Source of the DNA: Bacteroidales bacterium
GTDB lineage: Bacteria; Bacteroidota; Bacteroidia; Bacteroidales; WCHB1-69
Direction: 5' to 3'
Assembly: GCA_045222555.1 (NCBI GenBank)
Contig: JBGUYY010000068.1
Coordinates: 32,877 to 96,876 of the forward strand
Length of the DNA stretch: 64,000 nucleotides
A program made the translations under genes and the position numbers. Under the pieces are notes generated by a model. It made no database searches. It had not been told where the DNA came from and saw only the letters and a program-made list of their open reading frames with translations. The stretch's first letter is position 1; each line of letters begins with the position of its first letter. Positions 62,087 through 64,000 of the stretch are shown piece by piece.

Positions 62087-63238
62087 ATGACATCTATTGA
62101 TAATAAAAAGAAAAAAACAGATTCTCAACTTGCAGAAATCCGACACCAGCTGCACCGTTTAGCGGAACCCTCCGGCGAGGAGGTGCACACCCATACGTTC
62201 ATTATGGAGCAGCTGAAAGCCTGTTCGCCTTCACGGATTCTTACTTTTGAAGATACACAGAGCATTATTGCTGTTTTTGAGGGTGAAGAACCCGGGCGTA
62301 CACTGTTGTTCCGCGGCGATTTCGATGCTGTGCGGGTGGAGGAGACGATTGATGTTCCCTACGCCTCCGAGATGGCGGGGGTAGCCCACAAGTGCGGTCA
62401 CGACGGACATGCCACCATCCTGCTCGGGCTGGCTCACAGTCTGCACCAGCGGCCGCCTCAGCGCGGACGGGTGCTGCTGTTCTTCCAAGCTGCCGAGGAG
62501 ACTGGTGATGGTGCGCGGCAGCTGATTGAAACGGGCGTGCTTGACCGATACACCCCCGACCGTGTCTTCGCTCTTCACAATATTCCGGGCGAGAAGTTGG
62601 GCATCGTGCTGGGCAAGCCAGGCAGTTTTACCTGCTCGGTGGTGAGCACCGACATCGTTTTGCAGGGACATAGTGCCCATGCCGCCGAGCCTCTCAAGGC
62701 GTTATCGCCCTATCCCGCCGCACGAGCCATCGCTGACAAATTGCTGTCGCTCAACAATTACGGTATGCACAGCGACCACTATCGTCTGCTCACGTTGGTG
62801 GAGTTCAGGGTAGGGGAACAGGCCTACGGAGTGGCCGCCGGCGATGGGGTGCTGCGTTTCACCCTGCGCGCCAAAGACGACGCCTGGCTGCAACAAACCA
62901 AAAAGGAGGTACTTCAGATTGTGGACGAAGAGGTGAAAAAAGTGCCTGGACTGGTTTCCAGCCAGAGCTGGAAAGAGTACTTTGCGGCTTCTGACAACCA
63001 TCCCGAGGCGATGGCGGAGGTGCGAGATGCTGCTTTGCGCAGTAGTCTGGAATACAAGGAGTTAGAACTTCCCTTCTCGTGGGGTGAGGATTTCGGACTG
63101 CTCACCCAACACTATCCGGGTGCGCTGTTCGGCCTCGGCTCCGGCGAATGCCAGCCCTCGCTCCACCACCCCCATTTCGACTTCCCCGATGAGCTTCTTC
63201 CCATCGGCGTGCGCCTTTTCCGCGAACTGGTGCAGTAA
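62087..63238 (+). CDS. M20D-family amidohydrolase (N-acyl-amino-acid / hippurate hydrolase type)
   Basis: Metal-binding HKCGHDGH, plus FQAAEE and the dimerisation-domain layout of M20D. I prefer the ATG at 62087 over the TTG at 62081. A -7 box lies at 62002..62009. Confidence 0.8.
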   Translation: MTSIDNKKKKTDSQLAEIRHQLHRLAEPSGEEVHTHTFIMEQLKACSPSRILTFEDTQSIIAVFEGEEPGRTLLFRGDFDAVRVEETIDVPYASEMAGVAHKCGHDGHATILLGLAHSLHQRPPQRGRVLLFFQAAEETGDGARQLIETGVLDRYTPDRVFALHNIPGEKLGIVLGKPGSFTCSVVSTDIVLQGHSAHAAEPLKALSPYPAARAIADKLLSLNNYGMHSDHYRLLTLVEFRVGEQAYGVAAGDGVLRFTLRAKDDAWLQQTKKEVLQIVDEEVKKVPGLVSSQSWKEYFAASDNHPEAMAEVRDAALRSSLEYKELELPFSWGEDFGLLTQHYPGALFGLGSGECQPSLHHPHFDFPDELLPIGVRLFRELVQ

Positions 63239-63307
63239 TTTTCTACTTTTTTTAATGTGATGGTTCACATTTCTGTTGTGAATGCGTCATTATTCAAAGA
63301 ATATGTC

Positions 63308-63315
63308 TATTTTTG
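63308..63315 (+). promoter_or_regulatory. -7 box TATTTTTG
   Basis: Lies 45 nt upstream of the ATG at 63361 and supports that unlisted ORF. Confidence 0.5.
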
Positions 63316-63360
63316 CACGTAGATGATAATTTCCTTTATAACCCCTTAAATCATATTGTC

Positions 63361-64000
63361 ATGAAAAAGCTGTCTCTTCTTTCTTTACTTATAATTTTGA
63401 GTATTAGTGCGTTCGCACAGACTGTCACCGTTACGTTCACTGGACGCGATATGAATGGACACTGGGTGCAACTCGACCGCGTGGAGATCACGAATTTTAC
63501 CCAAAACTGGACGGAAACCATTTACTGGCCCGATACCGTGCTTACCGTTGAGAATAATATCGGTATCAACGATTGCGCCCGCAACAATGGTTTTGGTCTT
63601 TCGCAAAACAACCCCAACCCGTTCAATGGCACCACCGATGTGAATCTGACCGTGGCGGATGCGGGTGAGGTGATGCTGGAAATCATCGATGTAAACGGGC
63701 ACGTTGTAGCGTCGCATTGCATGCGTCCGCAAACCGGCACCCACCAATTCCGTATCACCCTGGCAGCTGCCGGTACTTATGTGCTGGCCGCGCGGCAAAA
63801 CGGAAAAATCTCTTCCATCAAAATGGTGAATAATGCGGCTGGTAATATGGATAATATTGATTATAAGGGAATTGTAGGTGTGAATTGCCCTATGGGTGTT
63901 CAACCCAAATCGGGGGTGCGGAGCAATGTGGCCCATCCCTTCAATAGTGGCGACGTGATGGAGTTTAAGGGCTATGTGGTGCTGGGTGATGAAGAGGTGG
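63361..64000 (+). CDS. Secreted protein, 3'-truncated by the window edge; contains a T9SS-CTD-like / FlgD-Ig-like module that is not C-terminal
   Basis: Not in the ORF track because it has no stop. Manual translation in frame 1 from ATG 63361 gives MKKLSLLSLLIILSISAFAQTVTVTFTGRD..., with no stop through 64000. A -7 box lies at 63308..63315. Residues ~80-156 read LSQNNPNPFNGTTDVNLTV...LEIIDVNGHVV...GTYVLAARQNGKISSIKMV. Confidence 0.7.
   Translation, partial: MKKLSLLSLLIILSISAFAQTVTVTFTGRDMNGHWVQLDRVEITNFTQNWTETIYWPDTVLTVENNIGINDCARNNGFGLSQNNPNPFNGTTDVNLTVADAGEVMLEIIDVNGHVVASHCMRPQTGTHQFRITLAAAGTYVLAARQNGKISSIKMVNNAAGNMDNIDYKGIVGVNCPMGVQPKSGVRSNVAHPFNSGDVMEFKGYVVLGDEEV

Noticed and set aside
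63256-63282. Palindromes TGTGA-TGGT-TCACA and TTCACA-N7-TGTGAA just after the M20 gene, reminiscent of CRP/FNR-type sites
   Set aside because: The spacing (N4) does not fit the CRP consensus TGTGA-N6-TCACA. The hairpin is AT-rich with no following T-run, so it is also not a convincing terminator. The evidence is insufficient either way.

Overview
This looks like a chromosomal segment from a Bacteroidota genome, probably Bacteroidales or Prevotella-like. Three things support that: T9SS C-terminal sorting domains, aerotolerance (Bat) genes, and TAnnTTTG -7 promoter boxes in front of most transcription units. I call 42 protein-coding genes (2 truncated by the window edges), a tRNA-Thr/Tyr/Gly cluster, 2 rho-independent terminators, 24 candidate promoters and several short repeats.

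Gene content is mostly housekeeping: recF, recX, polA, an H+/Na+-pyrophosphatase, aroE, nth, Rel/SpoT, CorA and a THUMP RNA methyltransferase. The rest is envelope and efflux: an RND tripartite pump, a TolC-HlyD-ABC-2 operon, a MATE pump, DedA, BatB/C-BatD, three T9SS-type surface proteins, and GH92 and GH2 mannosidases.

I found no CRISPR array, integrase, transposase, phage genes or recognisable complete defence system.

The best candidate for something undescribed is regulatory. A membrane-tethered LytTR regulator sits next to five copies of an ATTTTCACCCCA-type motif, three of them in exact 20-bp register. The same motif and a 52-60-bp promoter-bearing repeat recur upstream of two unrelated secreted proteins of unknown function beside the tRNA cluster. 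The repeat alone also recurs upstream of the RND efflux operon.

Other points worth a second look:
- a tri-domain adenylation/carrier/PlsC-acyltransferase protein
- a 1074-aa all-in-one iron-sulfur flavoprotein facing an M20 amidohydrolase
- an ABC-2 exporter operon with no ATPase
- an orphan AbiEi-like gene
- a fused BatB-BatC

All functional calls come from motif and family recognition by eye. No database search was run.
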